A DNA stretch of 63,422 nucleotides, the filler included, from Octopus bimaculoides (lineage: Eukaryota), in assembly GCF_001194135.2 (NCBI RefSeq). It is 6 parts of 6 records of this genome, joined end to end, with 100 filler letters (N's around TTAATTAATTAA, not from the genome) between each part and the next. Parts side by side here need not be neighbours in the genome. Positions count along the whole stretch, not along the records: positions 1 to 23,025 come from NC_068984.1; positions 23,126 to 37,570 come from NC_068981.1; 4 more parts are not named here. One strand, written 5' to 3'. The first letter of the stretch is position 1; every line of letters begins with the position of its first letter. A program made the translations under genes and the position numbers. The notes under the pieces were generated by a model. The model was not told the DNA's origin and did no database searches. It saw nothing but the letters and a program-made list of their open reading frames with translations. Shown here piece after piece: positions 12,207 to 25,300 of this stretch.

Positions 12207-12799
12207 ATATGCATGTGTATGTATGTATATATATATATATATATATATATANNNNNNNNNNNNNNNNNNNNNNNNNNNNNNNNNNNNNNNNNNNNNNNNN
12301 NNNNNNNNNNNNNNNNNNNNNNNNNNNNNNNNNNNNNNNNNNNNNNNNNNNNNNNNNNNNNNNNNNNNNNNNNNNNNNNNNNNNNNNNNNNNNNNNNNNN
12401 NNNNNNNNNNNNNNNNNNNNNNNNNNNNNNNNNNNNNNNNNNNNNNNNNNNNNNNNNNNNNNNNNNNNNNNNNNNNNNNNNNNNNNNNNNNNNNNNNNNN
12501 NNNNNNNNNNNNNNNNNNNNNNNNNNNNNNNNNNNNNNNNNNNNNNNNNNNNNNNNNNNNNNNNNNNNNNNNNNNNNNNNNNNNNNNNNNNNNNNNNNNN
12601 NNNNNNNNNNNNNNNNNNNNNNNNNNNNNNNNNNNNNNNNNNNNNNNNNNNNNNNNNNNNNNNNNNNNNNNNNNNNNNNNNNNNNNNNNNNNNNNNNNNN
12701 NNNNNNNNNNNNNNNNNNNNNNNNNNNNNNNNNNNNNNNNNNNNNNNNNNNNNNNNNNNNNNNNNNNNNNNNTATATATATATATATATATATACATAC

Positions 12800-12847
<48 letters not shown>

Positions 12848-13595
12848 GTGTATATATACATATACATGTGTATATGTACACACACACATATGCATACATA
12901 CATACATACATACATTACATTATATTATATTATATATTATCAGTGGAAAAACTTGGAAAAGCACATTTCAATGCAAACCAAAACAGGTATCACTTGACTG
13001 TGTTTGATTATCCAAGGTAATATTCTTTCATATTTAAAATGAAGCTAACATAAGAGTAGATTTTTTTTAGTAAGTAAGGGATTTTAAAAGTATTTAAAAA
13101 AAAAAAATAAATAAAATAAAAATAAAAATTAGAGGAAGGATTAAATGATAGCCAGAGAATATGTAGAATTAAGGGGTGTATATAATGTAATAAATTAAAA
13201 GCTACCTCACTAGCAAAAAAAAAAAATGAATAAATAAATAAAATAAAAAATTAATAAATAAATAAGAAATAAAACCCACTGATGACAATGTTTGGTGGCT
13301 ATTCCATCTCCACACACAACAGAACAAAGGACATGCTTACATTGAAAATTTAGAAAAGAAAAGGAAAAAAAAAGTTTCAATGGTATGCTTCCTTAAGAGC
13401 TGTAGGTGTTGATCTCTTTCCTCCAATGCTGGCACAAACCTTTAGCTCAATACACAACAGTAATATTTCAGTGGCCACTGAAAGGATGGTGATTGGCAGG
13501 AGTCCTTCCCAGTGGCCTTTTTTTAAGAGCTCCAGCAACAGTGGAGACATCCAACCATTCACTGTCACACACAACATCGTACAACTAATAACAGA

Positions 13596-13601
13596 TTTAT
13601 T
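13596..13601 (-). terminator. Proximal poly(A) signal AATAAA
   Basis: TTTATT on +, about 280 nt after the RanBP9/10 stop codon. Confidence 0.45.
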
Positions 13602-13877
13602 CCACTTAGTGACTTAGCGTACACATGCAGTATGACAGTCGTTTTGAGAAGTAATCTAAAATTCACTTGAGTACAATGACGGTGATCGTTCAATCAATTT
13701 TTACACAATCAATGTTTGATGAAGTCAAACTCATTCAAGCATGCAACTATAAAATATACACTTAGTCTCATCTCCCAGTCCATTGTTGCTGAGCCCAGCA
13801 TGAAGGTCCTTATCTATTCCCTAGGCAAGGGGAAAAATACAAGGAGGCATGATTTTTTAAAGTTTAATCATTAACTA

Positions 13878-14008
13878 TCAGTGTAGGTAGTCCTGAATGC
13901 CAGCAAATGCACAAGAACCTACACCAGCTTTTGACATCAGCTTCATGCATTCTGTGGCTTGACCAATAGCCACTTCAAGTGGGGGTTGTCTTGGAAGTCC
14001 ATATGATT
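13878..14008 (-). CDS. RANBP9/10: RanBP9/RanBP10 (RanBPM) last coding exon, end of the CRA domain
   Basis: After a pyrimidine tract and AG (intron CT at 14009-14010 on +) it reads (E)[42 protein letters not shown]. This matches the recalled human RANBP9 end [43 protein letters not shown]. Phase 1 joins the upstream exon in frame. Confidence 0.95.
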
Positions 14009-14094
14009 CTAAAAAGAGAAGAAAAAATAATTCAAGATTAGAGACAGTAATAATAACAGACAGTGAGTGGTTAATTTTTTTAGGACTAAATACA

Positions 14095-14350
14095 GAGTGT
14101 GAAGGTGCATGACCTAATGGATAGGGTGTTGCACCCATGATTGTAAGACCATTATTTTGAATCCTGCACTGTGTTTTTGAGCAAAATGTTTCACTTCACA
14201 ATGCTTTAGTTTACTCTATTGTAAATGAGTTACAGTTATTGCTAGGAAGTTAACCTTAAGACAGGCCAGTGTCCCATTTAGGGGTGACTGTTGTAATCTC
14301 ATTTACAGGCCATAGAAACTAAGCTCCAGTTTTATGAGTCCTAGGTCTCA
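14095..14350 (+). mobile_element. Old tRNA-derived SINE in the last RanBP9/10 intron
   Basis: tRNA-like head ggtgcatgacctaatggatagggtg followed by a ttgagcaaaatgtttcacttcac...tgtaaatgagt central segment. Confidence 0.5.
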
Positions 14351-14839
14351 TGAGAGATCTGATTCCAAGTTTAAATATAAAGTGCAGCAGAAAAATACTC
14401 CCATATGCTTTTCTGTCACACCCAACCACTAGTGAAGTTAAGACAGGTGGTAATGGCATCTTCTTGTAGCTAATGTTTTACCATTTTTTTCAGTTACCGT
14501 CATGGTTGAACCAATGCATACTGTCTGTTTTCTGTTGAAATGTTTATCAAGAATAATGAATCTAGGAGGTTTCTTTTGCTGCACTCTGTGTAACATGATT
14601 TCAAGCTTTGCCAGTGGCACAATATGTGCCTTATTCAACTAGCCTCAGTCAGTTGAAAAGAGTTACCTAAATAATTACTTGGCTATAGTATTTGTAATTC
14701 TGAGTACATATGACCTCAAGACAAGACATGCTATTTGTCTTGACAGAATTTCGTGCTTGTGTACATAAAGGATAATTTGAAAAAGCTTTCTCTGCCATTT
14801 AGCTGAACATTACCATTAATTTGTCTTATGTCTGTTCAC

Positions 14840-15005
14840 AGGTGCAGCCACAGCTGTGTGGTTAAAAAGCTTGCTTCCCAACCACATGGTTTCAGGTTCA
14901 GTTCCATTGCATGACACTTTGAGTAAGCGTCTTCTATTATAGCTTCAAAATGACCAAAACATTGTGAATGAATTTGGTAGATAGAAACCGAAAAAGCCTG
15001 TCATG
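14840..15005 (+). mobile_element. SINE head fragment
   Basis: ggtgcagccacagctgtgtggttaaaaagcttgcttcccaaccacatggtttcaggttcagttcc; same family as 20395-20700. Confidence 0.7.
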
Positions 15006-15382
15006 TCTTGATTTGTACACATTTTTTTTTAATTATAATTTTTTAAGAATTGAAAAAAAAAAAATCTGAAGTTGGCATATTTTGTGAATAAAAAAAAACT
15101 TTTTTTCTTCTTTCTATCATTTTGGATTTAACAATATATACTGTTTACTCCTTAATTACTTTTTGTTAATGAAGAAGTCCAATTTAGAAGACTGTGTTTG
15201 GTTCTGGTATCTGGTCATCATTAGCCCAGAAATAACATTGTATGATACTTCTATTGTTATTTGAACTTAAAAATAATAATGCTTATAAAAACAGTATTAT
15301 AAATTTCTTTTTTTTTACTGGTTATTCTATTTGTATAAAATGATGCAATTGACAGCAACAACAACAACAAAAAATAAATTAC

Positions 15383-15494
15383 CTAAGATAGCACTATTAA
15401 GTGCTGCACATACAGGTTCCCTTTGTACTGGATTTAGTTGATAGCCAACAGGACTGTTCCAAGGGTCTGCATAAGCTAACAGACTGAAGGCATT
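15383..15494 (-). CDS. RANBP9/10: RanBP9/RanBP10 penultimate coding exon (CRA domain)
   Basis: 112 nt between tttctttttaaag| and |gtaattt. Translates [37 protein letters not shown]+G, versus recalled human [38 protein letters not shown]|AA rebuilds the Glu codon across the splice. Confidence 0.95.
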
Positions 15495-16229
15495 CTTTAA
15501 AAAGAAACAAAAGCAAGGATGTTATATGAGCAAACAGAATAACTTGAGATGTTTATAAAACTTGAAGGGAAAGTATCCATTTTATAATCTACTTTCTTTA
15601 AAAAACACACAAATACACATACATCAAGTAAACTTTTCGAAGGCAAGTAAGTCAGCAGAAATTAACACATGTCTAGAATAATTCTAATCCACAGAAGTGG
15701 GGATTAGAAAGTCTTTACAGACCTTGAAACCTATGTTTCTTTGAAAACCTTGCCAGTTGATATACTTAAACAGATGGTGGTAACATTTAAAGTGGTGGTG
15801 GTGGTGATGGTACTGGCTGAGAACACTCATTAACACTATCTATACCAAAGACATATTAATGTCTTATCTATAACTATGAAATCTCAGTGGTGCATATATG
15901 CGTTACTCAAAGACAGCCGTAAAATTTCATAGATGCTTATATGCGTCTGTGATACGGACAGTGTTAAAGAATTTTAATGCTACACTAAAGTTTATTTAGC
16001 AAAAGATAGCTTCACATAAAAAAAAAGGTAGAGATATATTTTAGATACATGACGTTTCATAGAGTGCACATAATTAAAGTAAGTGCATTGTGGAAGAGCC
16101 ATTCTGGCCATTGAGTAGCACACAAAGCTAATAAAATTCACTTCAAATTTCATGAGGTGTCAAAACTTTCATCATACAACTGCAGCCTGGTCAATGACAA
16201 AGTTTAACTGCAACTCATGAAATTAAATT

Positions 16230-17375
16230 AAAACCTTTTGTTATCAATACTTCTGTTGAAACACACTACCTTTGTTTCAAATGATTTTTAAAATAATGAA
16301 GAATTTAGTAAAATAATTTTGTCATTAAGTTGGTGCCTGGAACAAATTAATGCAAAAAATTTTAATGGAAGATTTTCATTCAAGATCACTTTAACCCTTT
16401 AGTGTTTAAACCGGCTGTATCCGGCCCAAATATTCTACACATTTTATGCTCAAACTGGCCAGAACCAGCATCTCACACCTACCCTGCAATGTCATTCTGA
16501 AAATAAGCAATTACATCTTTCCTATCTTGAAGCTACAAAATAATATCAGATAAATTTTTTTAAATGTGAATAAATAAGGATTATTTTTGCCAAATTAATC
16601 TGAACGCTAAAGGTTTAAAACAAGAGCTAGGTGTGGTCTCAGGCAAGTAGGAGTCAAAACGGTTGAAGTGAATTTATCAGTCCCCTGTGCTGTTTAATGG
16701 TCAGACTGACTCTTCCAGAATGTAGTCGCTTCAACTTCAACACACTCTTCCAGATCAAGTCAGTCTCTAGACAAGTTCAACTCCAAAATATAAAATTAAA
16801 AATAATACAATAACATTTTTCTGACAACATAACTTTAAACCCTTTAGTATTCAGATTATTCTGTTAAATGTAATGCTTTTTATTTACTCGAAATGTTTTG
16901 AATTAATCATGCATTATCTTTACAGCTTTGAGGTTTCAATGATGTGATTGTTTGTTTTTTAAAATGTTACTGTAGGTTAGGTGTGAGAGGTTAGATAGAG
17001 CTAATCTGAATGTAAAGCATGTAGAATATTTTGGCCAGATAGGTCTGATTTAATTGCAAAAGGGTTAAATGTGGATCAGACCTTATGAGGCCTTGCTGTA
17101 CTCAAAAATGGGGGAACTGATGTTGACAAAATATTGAATCTGTTATCTTAATCCTTTTGATAGCAACTCGCCTGAAACTGCTCTTTGTGCAGATACAAAC
17201 TTCTTGTTTTAGAGTAGTCTAAATTAAAACCATCAAAATTTCATGTTAAAACTATGTTCCAAATGCCAGCAAAATACTGATTACAGTGTTTTACTAAATT
17301 CTCTATTATTTTCAAAATTAACTGAAATAAGCACAGTGTATTTCAGTAGAAATATAGTAACAGTGAAAGGGTTAA
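16230..17375. mobile_element. Cluster of about four TTAA/CCCTTT MITEs
   Basis: Units ~16230-16390, 16395-16615, 16838-17068 and 17148-17374, several ending aaagggttaa. Confidence 0.7.
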
Positions 17376-19993
17376 TCATTTTCACACCCAAAAAGCAAGC
17401 TTCAATCCACTATTTTACAGTATGTACCATGTACTTTTTCCATGACACCTGCACCAGTGAGCTCACCATGCTGCTCCTAAGACTAAGGTTCCCTTCAACT
17501 GAGTGGGCATACAATAAAGAAGGAACTGGCTTTTTAGCTATGGAATGAGGGGTTAGAATGTGAGAGAAGGGAGCAGAACAGAACAGGTTTCTTACTTTAG
17601 AGGAACTATATGGTTCTTCCCCTTACAGAAGAGAAGGTGGGAGTGGCTCAGATGGAGGTGGAAAGAGATATAAATAAAGGGTAATGAGGTGTCGAGGTGC
17701 ACACCTTCAAGATATGAAATGAGTAGAAGGGAGTGAGGACAGAAGAACGGGAAGTGTGAGTGGGCAGAAAATGACATCACACCAGGGTACGCAATTTTTA
17801 ATTGCTTCCAACTTTTCCTTTAAGCATATGAACAATGCTGTAGTGGTGCTATTGGAAAAGGACTCAAGCAAGGAGAGTAGGATGTAATAAAAAAAATCTT
17901 CTGGTCTACAGTTCTAAACAAGTAATTGAGTATTTTGGCAAAGATGCTTACCAACAGGTTGGCTCTTATAATCAACAATACAATTGAAGACACATGAATT
18001 TGTGCAATCCCACCCCTAAAATTATCTACGCAACCACTTCCATTTCATTTTTTCTTCTAGTGTGTGTGTGCATTGTCCACTGGTTCAGGAGGTCACAACC
18101 AAAAAGATATGCTCTTCTTTATTGTTTTTCTTTTGTTACAGTTGTTTTTGTGATTGTTTTTGTTGTCATTGCTGTCCTTGTTCTTTCTGTTCTTTTGCAG
18201 CAAATGGTTGTTTAATTTTTCTCTGCAGGATGTGGTGCATCAATGTAGTAGTCACAGCAGCTTTAGCTGTTATATTAATAATTTCTGTTGCTATGGCTGC
18301 AACACCTTTGCCAGTTCTAAGAGAGAGATAAACTGGTGATATTCTGAACACTGACCTTCTCTTTCTTCCACTGAAATGTGCTCTCTTTCCTCCTCTTTCT
18401 ATCTCACACCCCTCTCCCACTAACATTTCTGTTTGGCTGGCATAATACGGATTACAAAAGAATTCCAATGACTAAAACTGCACTGATATGCAGTGGGTTA
18501 GCTTCTGCACAAAATTATCAACAGAAATAATAATCATATTAATTTATAAAAGAGAAGGAAAAAAGAAGAAAAAAAACTCATAAGTAGAAAATGAAAAGTA
18601 AAAAAACAAAACAAAAAAACTCATGGATCAAAAACACAACATAACTTCCTCATCAAATACTACTACTAATAATTATAGTTTCAAATGTTGACCCAAGGTC
18701 AGCAATTTTAGCTGGAAAGGGTTGGTTGATTACATTGACCTCAGTGCTTGATTGGTACTTTATTTTATTGACCTCAACAGGATGAAAGGCAAAGTTGACC
18801 TTTGTGGAATCTGAACTCAAGAATTGAAAGAGCTGACAGAAATGTTAACCATTTTGTCCAACACGTTAATGATTCTGTCCAGTTTACAACTCTGATAATA
18901 ATAATAATTGTTTATAATTTAGGAATAATACCAGTAATTTTGAGTGGAGGAGGAGAGGAGTCAATAAGATTGATCAAAGTATTGGACTGGTACTTTATCT
19001 CATTGACCCTGAGGGGGATGGAAAGCAAAGTTGACCTCAGTGGGGACTGAACTCAGAACATAAAAACCCAGAAGAAATTCTGCAAGGCATTTTGTCAAGA
19101 TTCTACCAGCTTGTTGCCCTAACAACAATGATAATTGCAGCTAATTAAATTTCTCATTTAAGAAAACATCAAATCATTAAACAACAGATAATGTATTGGT
19201 TATAAGTTCCTAGCAACCACACCTGAAAATTTCTCAAATACAGGTGAATCTCGATTATATTTTCAATGAGAAAATCAGTAATACCATTTAAATGCTAGAC
19301 TCAATATTAACCCTTTGGAGATGGAGCCTCATTTGGAGTTTCAGTGCGAAGAAGATGGATCCCTTTTTACAAACCCTACAGAGGGCATGCACTTCTTTAG
19401 AAAAAAAAAAAAAAACTTTACATATATAAAACTATATATATACTCTTTAAGGAAACCGAATGAACTAATACAATCTTCTTTGTCATTTGGCTTTTCGGCT
19501 AATAGATTGGCCCTGCCATCTCCTAAGGGTTAAAATGGTCCAGTTCTGTGCTAATTTTATATTTGAAATTTGACTTGATCCAAGCATCTGGAACTCATGA
19601 GTGTGAAAGAAAAGGAGGTGGGTGTAGGAGTGGTAGAAATAGTAGAGCATTCCTCTAATTTTTTAATGGTTTCAGTCAGTAGGACCAGGCCATGCTCAAG
19701 TATCATTGCCTTCAAAGGCTTTTTTTTTTTCTTTTTAGTCAATCCTGTTGCACCCCAGCACTTCTTCTAGGGAAGTTATATTTTATTGGTTGGCTAAGTT
19801 AATTGCCTGCCAATACACCTTTCTTTCTTTTAACTGACAGTGTTGTGTCAAACACATAAACACACATTTGTATATACAACAGGCTTCCTCACAGTTTCCA
19901 TCTACTAAATTCCACCAACAAGGTTTATCTCTCCACATTCTTTAGAATTCAAATCTCAATAGTGAAAGATTTTTGCTTTTCGTTCCTCTACAG

Positions 19994-20288
19994 CAGGGTT
20001 TTTCAAACTGTGGTCCGCAGACCACAGGGGGTCCGCAAGGACAAGACAGGGGGTCCGTGGAAAGCCAAGCAAGCACATCCTTCTCACTAAGTATGTATTA
20101 AAAAATTCCTGTGTGTATAATTGACAATAAACCTATTTGTTAAATACTGTTAAATAAATAAATGTAAAAATATATGTTATTTTAAGCAAATATTTATGTA
20201 TAAATTTCATAAGCGTTTATAAGGGGGTCCCTAAGGTAAAGCCTGAAATATAAAGGGGTCCGCAAGTCAAAAAGTTTGAAAACCCCTG
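19994..20288. mobile_element. hAT (Charlie-like) MITE with perfect 8-bp TSD
   Basis: cagggtttttcaaact...agtttgaaaacccctg; CTCTACAG at 19986-19993 and 20289-20296. Confidence 0.9.
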
Positions 20289-20394
20289 CTCTACAGTTAT
20301 ATATTGGTGGATGATTCAATTGATTCTCCTCTCCCAACTCCTCTATTAATTAGCAAGAAGTCATCAATATGAGGAATAAAATACTGTATTAAAC

Positions 20395-20700
20395 GTGCAG
20401 GTGTGGCTGCATGGTTAAGAAGCTTGCCTCCCAACCCTGTGGGTTTGAGTTCAGTCCCACTGCATGGCACCTTGTGCAAGTGTCTGAAGCCTGGTAAGTA
20501 GATGTGGTAGAGTATATGTTTGTGTGTATCTAGACATCATGCGATGGTTGCAAATGAACACAATCATCACACAAGTGAAGTTGCTCATGTCTAATCTACC
20601 ATGAAAAATATATTTGGCCAAGGGGAAATCAGCCTCAAAAATTCTGACTGACCCATGCAAGCATGGAAAAGTAGATGTTAAATGGTGATAACGATGATAA
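20395..20700 (+). mobile_element. tRNA-derived SINE
   Basis: A/B-box-like head; tail ccatgcaagcatggaaaagtagatgttaaatggtgataacgatgat resembles the RTE 3' end. Confidence 0.7.
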
Positions 20701-23025
20701 AATTAAAAGTCTTTTAAAGACCATCCTATTCAGTTAATGTTACCAATTATAGGTTGGTATTTGCAAGGAAATCTCCCAAGACATTATTGACCTATAATGA
20801 AAAATTTAAAAACAAATAAACAAACTAACTTTTTGTATTCCAATATTGTAGTACTTTTAATTTAGTTTTAGTCCAATGTGATTATTTAATTTATGCGTTA
20901 CATTAAGATGTTATCAAACAAACCAGATTGTTTTACAATTTCCAATGAAAGCAGAAAATTGTGCCCCACCCTAATTCCTGCTAAAAATAGGTCAAAATGC
21001 TGACTAACAACACAAGCAGCAAATACAGGATGAATGTTAACAATTTAGAAATGACGTGATTCAACAAATTAGAATTAAAAATAAAAAAATAAATTCTTCA
21101 ATTAAAAACACTTTCATAAAATCAAAATGATTTTAGTTACAAAAGNNNNNNNNNNNNNNNNNNNNNNNNNNNNNNNNNNNNNNNNNNNNNNNNNNNNNNN
21201 NNNNNNNNNNNNNNNNNNNNNNNNNNNNNNNNNNNNNNNNNNNNNNNNNNNNNNNNNNNNNNNNNNNNNNNNNNNNNNNNNNNNNNNNNNNNNNNNNNNN
21301 NNNNNNNNNNNNNNNNNNNNNNNNNNNNNNNNNNNNNNNNNNNNNNNNNNNNNNNNNNNNNNNNNNNNNNNNNNNNNNNNNNNNNNNNNNNNNNNNNNNN
21401 NNNNNNNNNNNNNNNNNNNNNNNNNNGGGTGGGTAGGGGCAATGAAAAGATGAAAATTTAGATTCTTTTTCTTCTTCTTTTTCTCCTAAAATTCAACTCT
21501 AGTAACTTGCAGGTAAGCACCACAAATAATGAAGAAGTTAAATGTGGCTGGGAAAATATGAAGGCTGAAACAAAAACCTGAAGATAATCAATATGAAGAA
21601 CTAAGTCGATGCAACTAACCAGCAGTATGAGAACATAACTTAGTCATTTTTAAGCTGATGTTTGGGACAAATAAACATGAAATTTTGATGTAAGATTTCA
21701 AATTAGATTACTTCAAAACATGTAGTGTGTATCATAGAATCAGTCAATATCAGGCGGCAAGTGATGGATATGAGTTCGAGAACTGCTACACCCATTTTGC
21801 TGTAGCCAAAGGTTGTAGCATTTTATTCTGCTTAGCTAACAATAGATTCCATTACTACTGTGTGGTTAGCATTGGGAAAAGAAGCCAGCTATGAAAAAAA
21901 AAATCACTTCCTCAAATATTTATATTTTCAAAATCTATTCCACCAATCCTGGAATGCGAAAAATCAATGGAAAACAGAAACAAGAGAAAGAGTGGGGGAA
22001 GACATCTAATGATTTGCAAACTATATCAAATGATGAACAAACATTGATAAATATCATTTGATGCATTTGTTGTAACATATTACATCAGAATCTTCAATAT
22101 TTGATTTGATAACTATCTCACACGTTTTAATATGGTGCAAATAATAAATTTAAGTTTGCTCCACAGATAACCAAAAGGAGTTCTTCTACACAAAATAAAA
22201 CATACTGTTAAACCCACAAAAACTAAATCAAGTTGGTTTATGAGAAAACCAAATAACCAAATCAAATTTTAACAAACTAGCAAAACATCATTCCAAATAT
22301 GGAAACAACTAATGAATAATTTCCTATCAAACAAATTTTAGTCTTGTTTTTGTAGTCGGTTTGCAAAATCCTTTATATGAATTCGTGTATTGAAGCATAT
22401 TTTATTGTATCTGGGGAGAGTCATTCTCTTTTAGTGCCTTATTAATTTAACACACTCACTGATTTCCAATCATTTACCTACTTATTTTTACTAAAATTTT
22501 CATTGTATTGCAACTTTTCAATAGTCGTTGACTCTGTCCGTTATCAGAACTGTGTTCTTTTTGTTTGTTTGTTTGTTTGTGTGCATACACGTGTGTACCT
22601 CCGTCTCCTTGTGTGTGCATGTTTGAGTGTGTCTGTGTATTTTGTGTGACTATACATGTGCATCTGTTATGTATGGACATGTCTCCATATGCATCCTTGT
22701 GTGCATGTGTGTATATGGTCATGTGTTTCAGTCTTCATTTGTATGTATGTCTCCATATGTGCCCTTGTGCAAAGTGTGCGTGTGTGTATCCATGCATGCA
22801 TGTATACATGTATGTATGTGTGTGTGTGTTTGTGTGTGCGCCCATCTGTCCGTATTACCTTAGTGCCTATTTATCTGTATATCTACCTGTCCATATACGT
22901 ATCCATTTACCTACATATATATATACACGCACACACACACATATATATATACATATCTATATACATACATATGCCTACATACTGGCCTACTAACAACACT
23001 GTCTATGTATATGTAATATATACAG

Positions 23026-23125
23026 NNNNNNNNNNNNNNNNNNNNNNNNNNNNNNNNNNNNNNNNNNNNTTAATTAATTAANNNNNNNNNNNNNNNNNNN
23101 NNNNNNNNNNNNNNNNNNNNNNNNN
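23026..23125. other. Artificial 100-nt spacer N44-TTAATTAATTAA-N44 (also 37571-37670, 55704-55803, 57935-58034, 60000-60099)
   Basis: Five copies of identical geometry; the 12-mer gives stop codons in all six frames. Confidence 0.95.
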
Positions 23126-23269
23126 CACTACTGGGTACTGCACACATTCTACGCAAAACACTTTCAATACAGTAAACATAAGAGCACCACAGCAAACCAC
23201 AGCACATACCCAAGGCGCACAGAGCTGCGCTCGGTAGTGAAGTGAAAGCACGTTATAAAAATAAAACTA

Positions 23270-23363
<94 letters not shown>
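23126..23363 (+). mobile_element. R4/Dong-clade LINE 3' end followed by (TAA)n
   Basis: Encodes LLGTAHILRKTLSIQ*, a typical RLE-LINE C-terminus, then a short UTR and about 30 TAA units. Confidence 0.75.
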
Positions 23364-23364
<1 letters not shown>

Positions 23365-23977
23365 AATAGACAGTAGAAGGATAGGAGAAAGGGAAATTAT
23401 GGGAAGGTTGCTACAGTGTGTAGGGAGAGTGAAATAGGCATAGAGGTGGTCATAGATACATAGGAATAAATCAACAGGAAATGATTGAAGGGAGAGGAAA
23501 AGATGGGATCAGTGAAAGAAGGATCAATGGTAAAATGTGAATAGAGAAGGGCAATGTGAAAAGAAAGAACGATGGGTATCAAATGGAGTGGTTCCAGGCT
23601 GTGGATGAGATAACTGATAACAAAGGAAAGGGTAATGAAATATGATGTTCTGTTTTCATTCAGTTATAGCAACAGAATGTTGCAGTAGTTTGGAAAATGA
23701 TGGAATGATGAGTAATAGGAAGATGGTGTGGCAGGAAAAGTTTCCCAGGGCACCATATAGCTACATCAACGTTTCACTGCTTTGTTCCATGTCTTCCTGA
23801 ATTTTCCTCTTCTACAATTTCAATCCATATTAAACAATCAGAACTTCTTTATATAGCTGTTCTTATCCATGAGCATCATGGATCCATATAAGTGACATGT
23901 TTTCTCTTCCACACTACATCTAATTCCTCTTAGGTGCCAGTTTTCTTGCATATTTGTATTTTGCTGTTCATGTACAT

Positions 23978-24041
<64 letters not shown>

Positions 24042-24755
24042 TTATACAAAACACAAAGGCAACATGCCTTTGTTGTATGTCAGATTCCGTATCCTGCTGC
24101 AGACATATGAAAAGTAACAAACTTTCCTGACCATCATGGAATATAACCAAGAGAATAAAAAAATATGCTTGAAAGAAAGAACAAAAGAAATTGATAAAAT
24201 CTAAGCACCATGATTAAAGTTATATTATGACTAAAGTTAAATGTTAGCTTGGTTCACTCTGTGTTGATAACTAACAAAACTGAATTAAGTTAGTAATTTA
24301 GGAATTTGATTTCTTGTATTTTTTATAAACCAAATGTTTTTTGAAAGTTGTGATTCTAAAAGTTGTAAAAGACTGGGAATTCAATAAGAAGAGAGAAATG
24401 GGATTATTTCAGTAAAAGCAAAAAAAAAAAAAGCCAAACAAAATATCAATTCTTACATTTTCCAGTTCTTTACAAATAGTTTCACATGTATTGATTTCTT
24501 TTCACGAAACAAGAAGTCAGTATTTGTATGACATGAGCTGACATTGATTAAACAGTCTCAGGGTATTACTGGTATTTATTTATTAAGGCAAAAAGCAAGT
24601 CCAATTGTCGTAAGGCTTGAATCACGATACAATTAATAAATGAAATATGTTTAGAATAAATTAGTGATGATTATTGGAGGTTGTTAACGAAATAGGTTGA
24701 TTGCCATGAGGTCAGGGACAGTTCTGACATTTAAACGAGTATCATATATATATAA

Positions 24756-24830
<75 letters not shown>

Positions 24831-24889
24831 ACAAACCAGCAATTCTCTTCTGTTGATGTTCTTATAGAAACACATCAAGATCATCATCC

Positions 24890-25300
24890 TCATCATTTTA
24901 ATCATTTAGCATCCATTTTCCGGACTGGGACCAGGACTGGCAAGCCAGAGACCTGCACCAGGTCCCAGTCTGATTTGGTTTGATTTCTACAACTGGATGT
25001 GCTTCCTAATATGCCAACCACTCTGAGAGTGTAGAGGATGCCTCTTACGTGTCACTGGCATGGGTGCCTTTTACATGTCACCAGCGCAGGCCACAACTAT
25101 GATTCATTTGGCTTTTGATGTGTCTTCTCAAGCACAGCAGATCACCAAAGATCTCAATCACTTGTCAACAGCTCCATGATGCTCAACACCTGAACATCAT
25201 GCTTCACCACCTCGTCCATGTCTTCCTGGGTCTACCTCTTCCACAAATTCTCTCCACAGTTAGAGATAAGCACTTTGAAAGTGTGACATTGCATTTGACC
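24890..25300 (-). mobile_element. RTE LINE 3' fragment
   Basis: KCLSLTVERICGRGRPRKTW motif plus the shared 3' UTR. Confidence 0.75.

Larger units (their letters stand above)
7720..13877 (-). other. Inferred long 3' UTR of RanBP9/10
   Basis: U-rich in mRNA sense and no recognisable transposon between the stop codon and a strong distal poly(A) signal. It spans three N-gaps, so continuity is unproven. Confidence 0.5.

Noticed and set aside
11272-13020. Long ORFs of 170-307 aa (also 25774-27638, 48638-49175, 58633-59358)
   Set aside because: They consist of N-gaps plus (TA)n/(CA)n translations; not genes.
18062-18468. Overlapping 60-100 aa ORFs in the RanBP9/10 upstream intron
   Set aside because: Low complexity, no RanBP9 motifs and no coherent splice sites.
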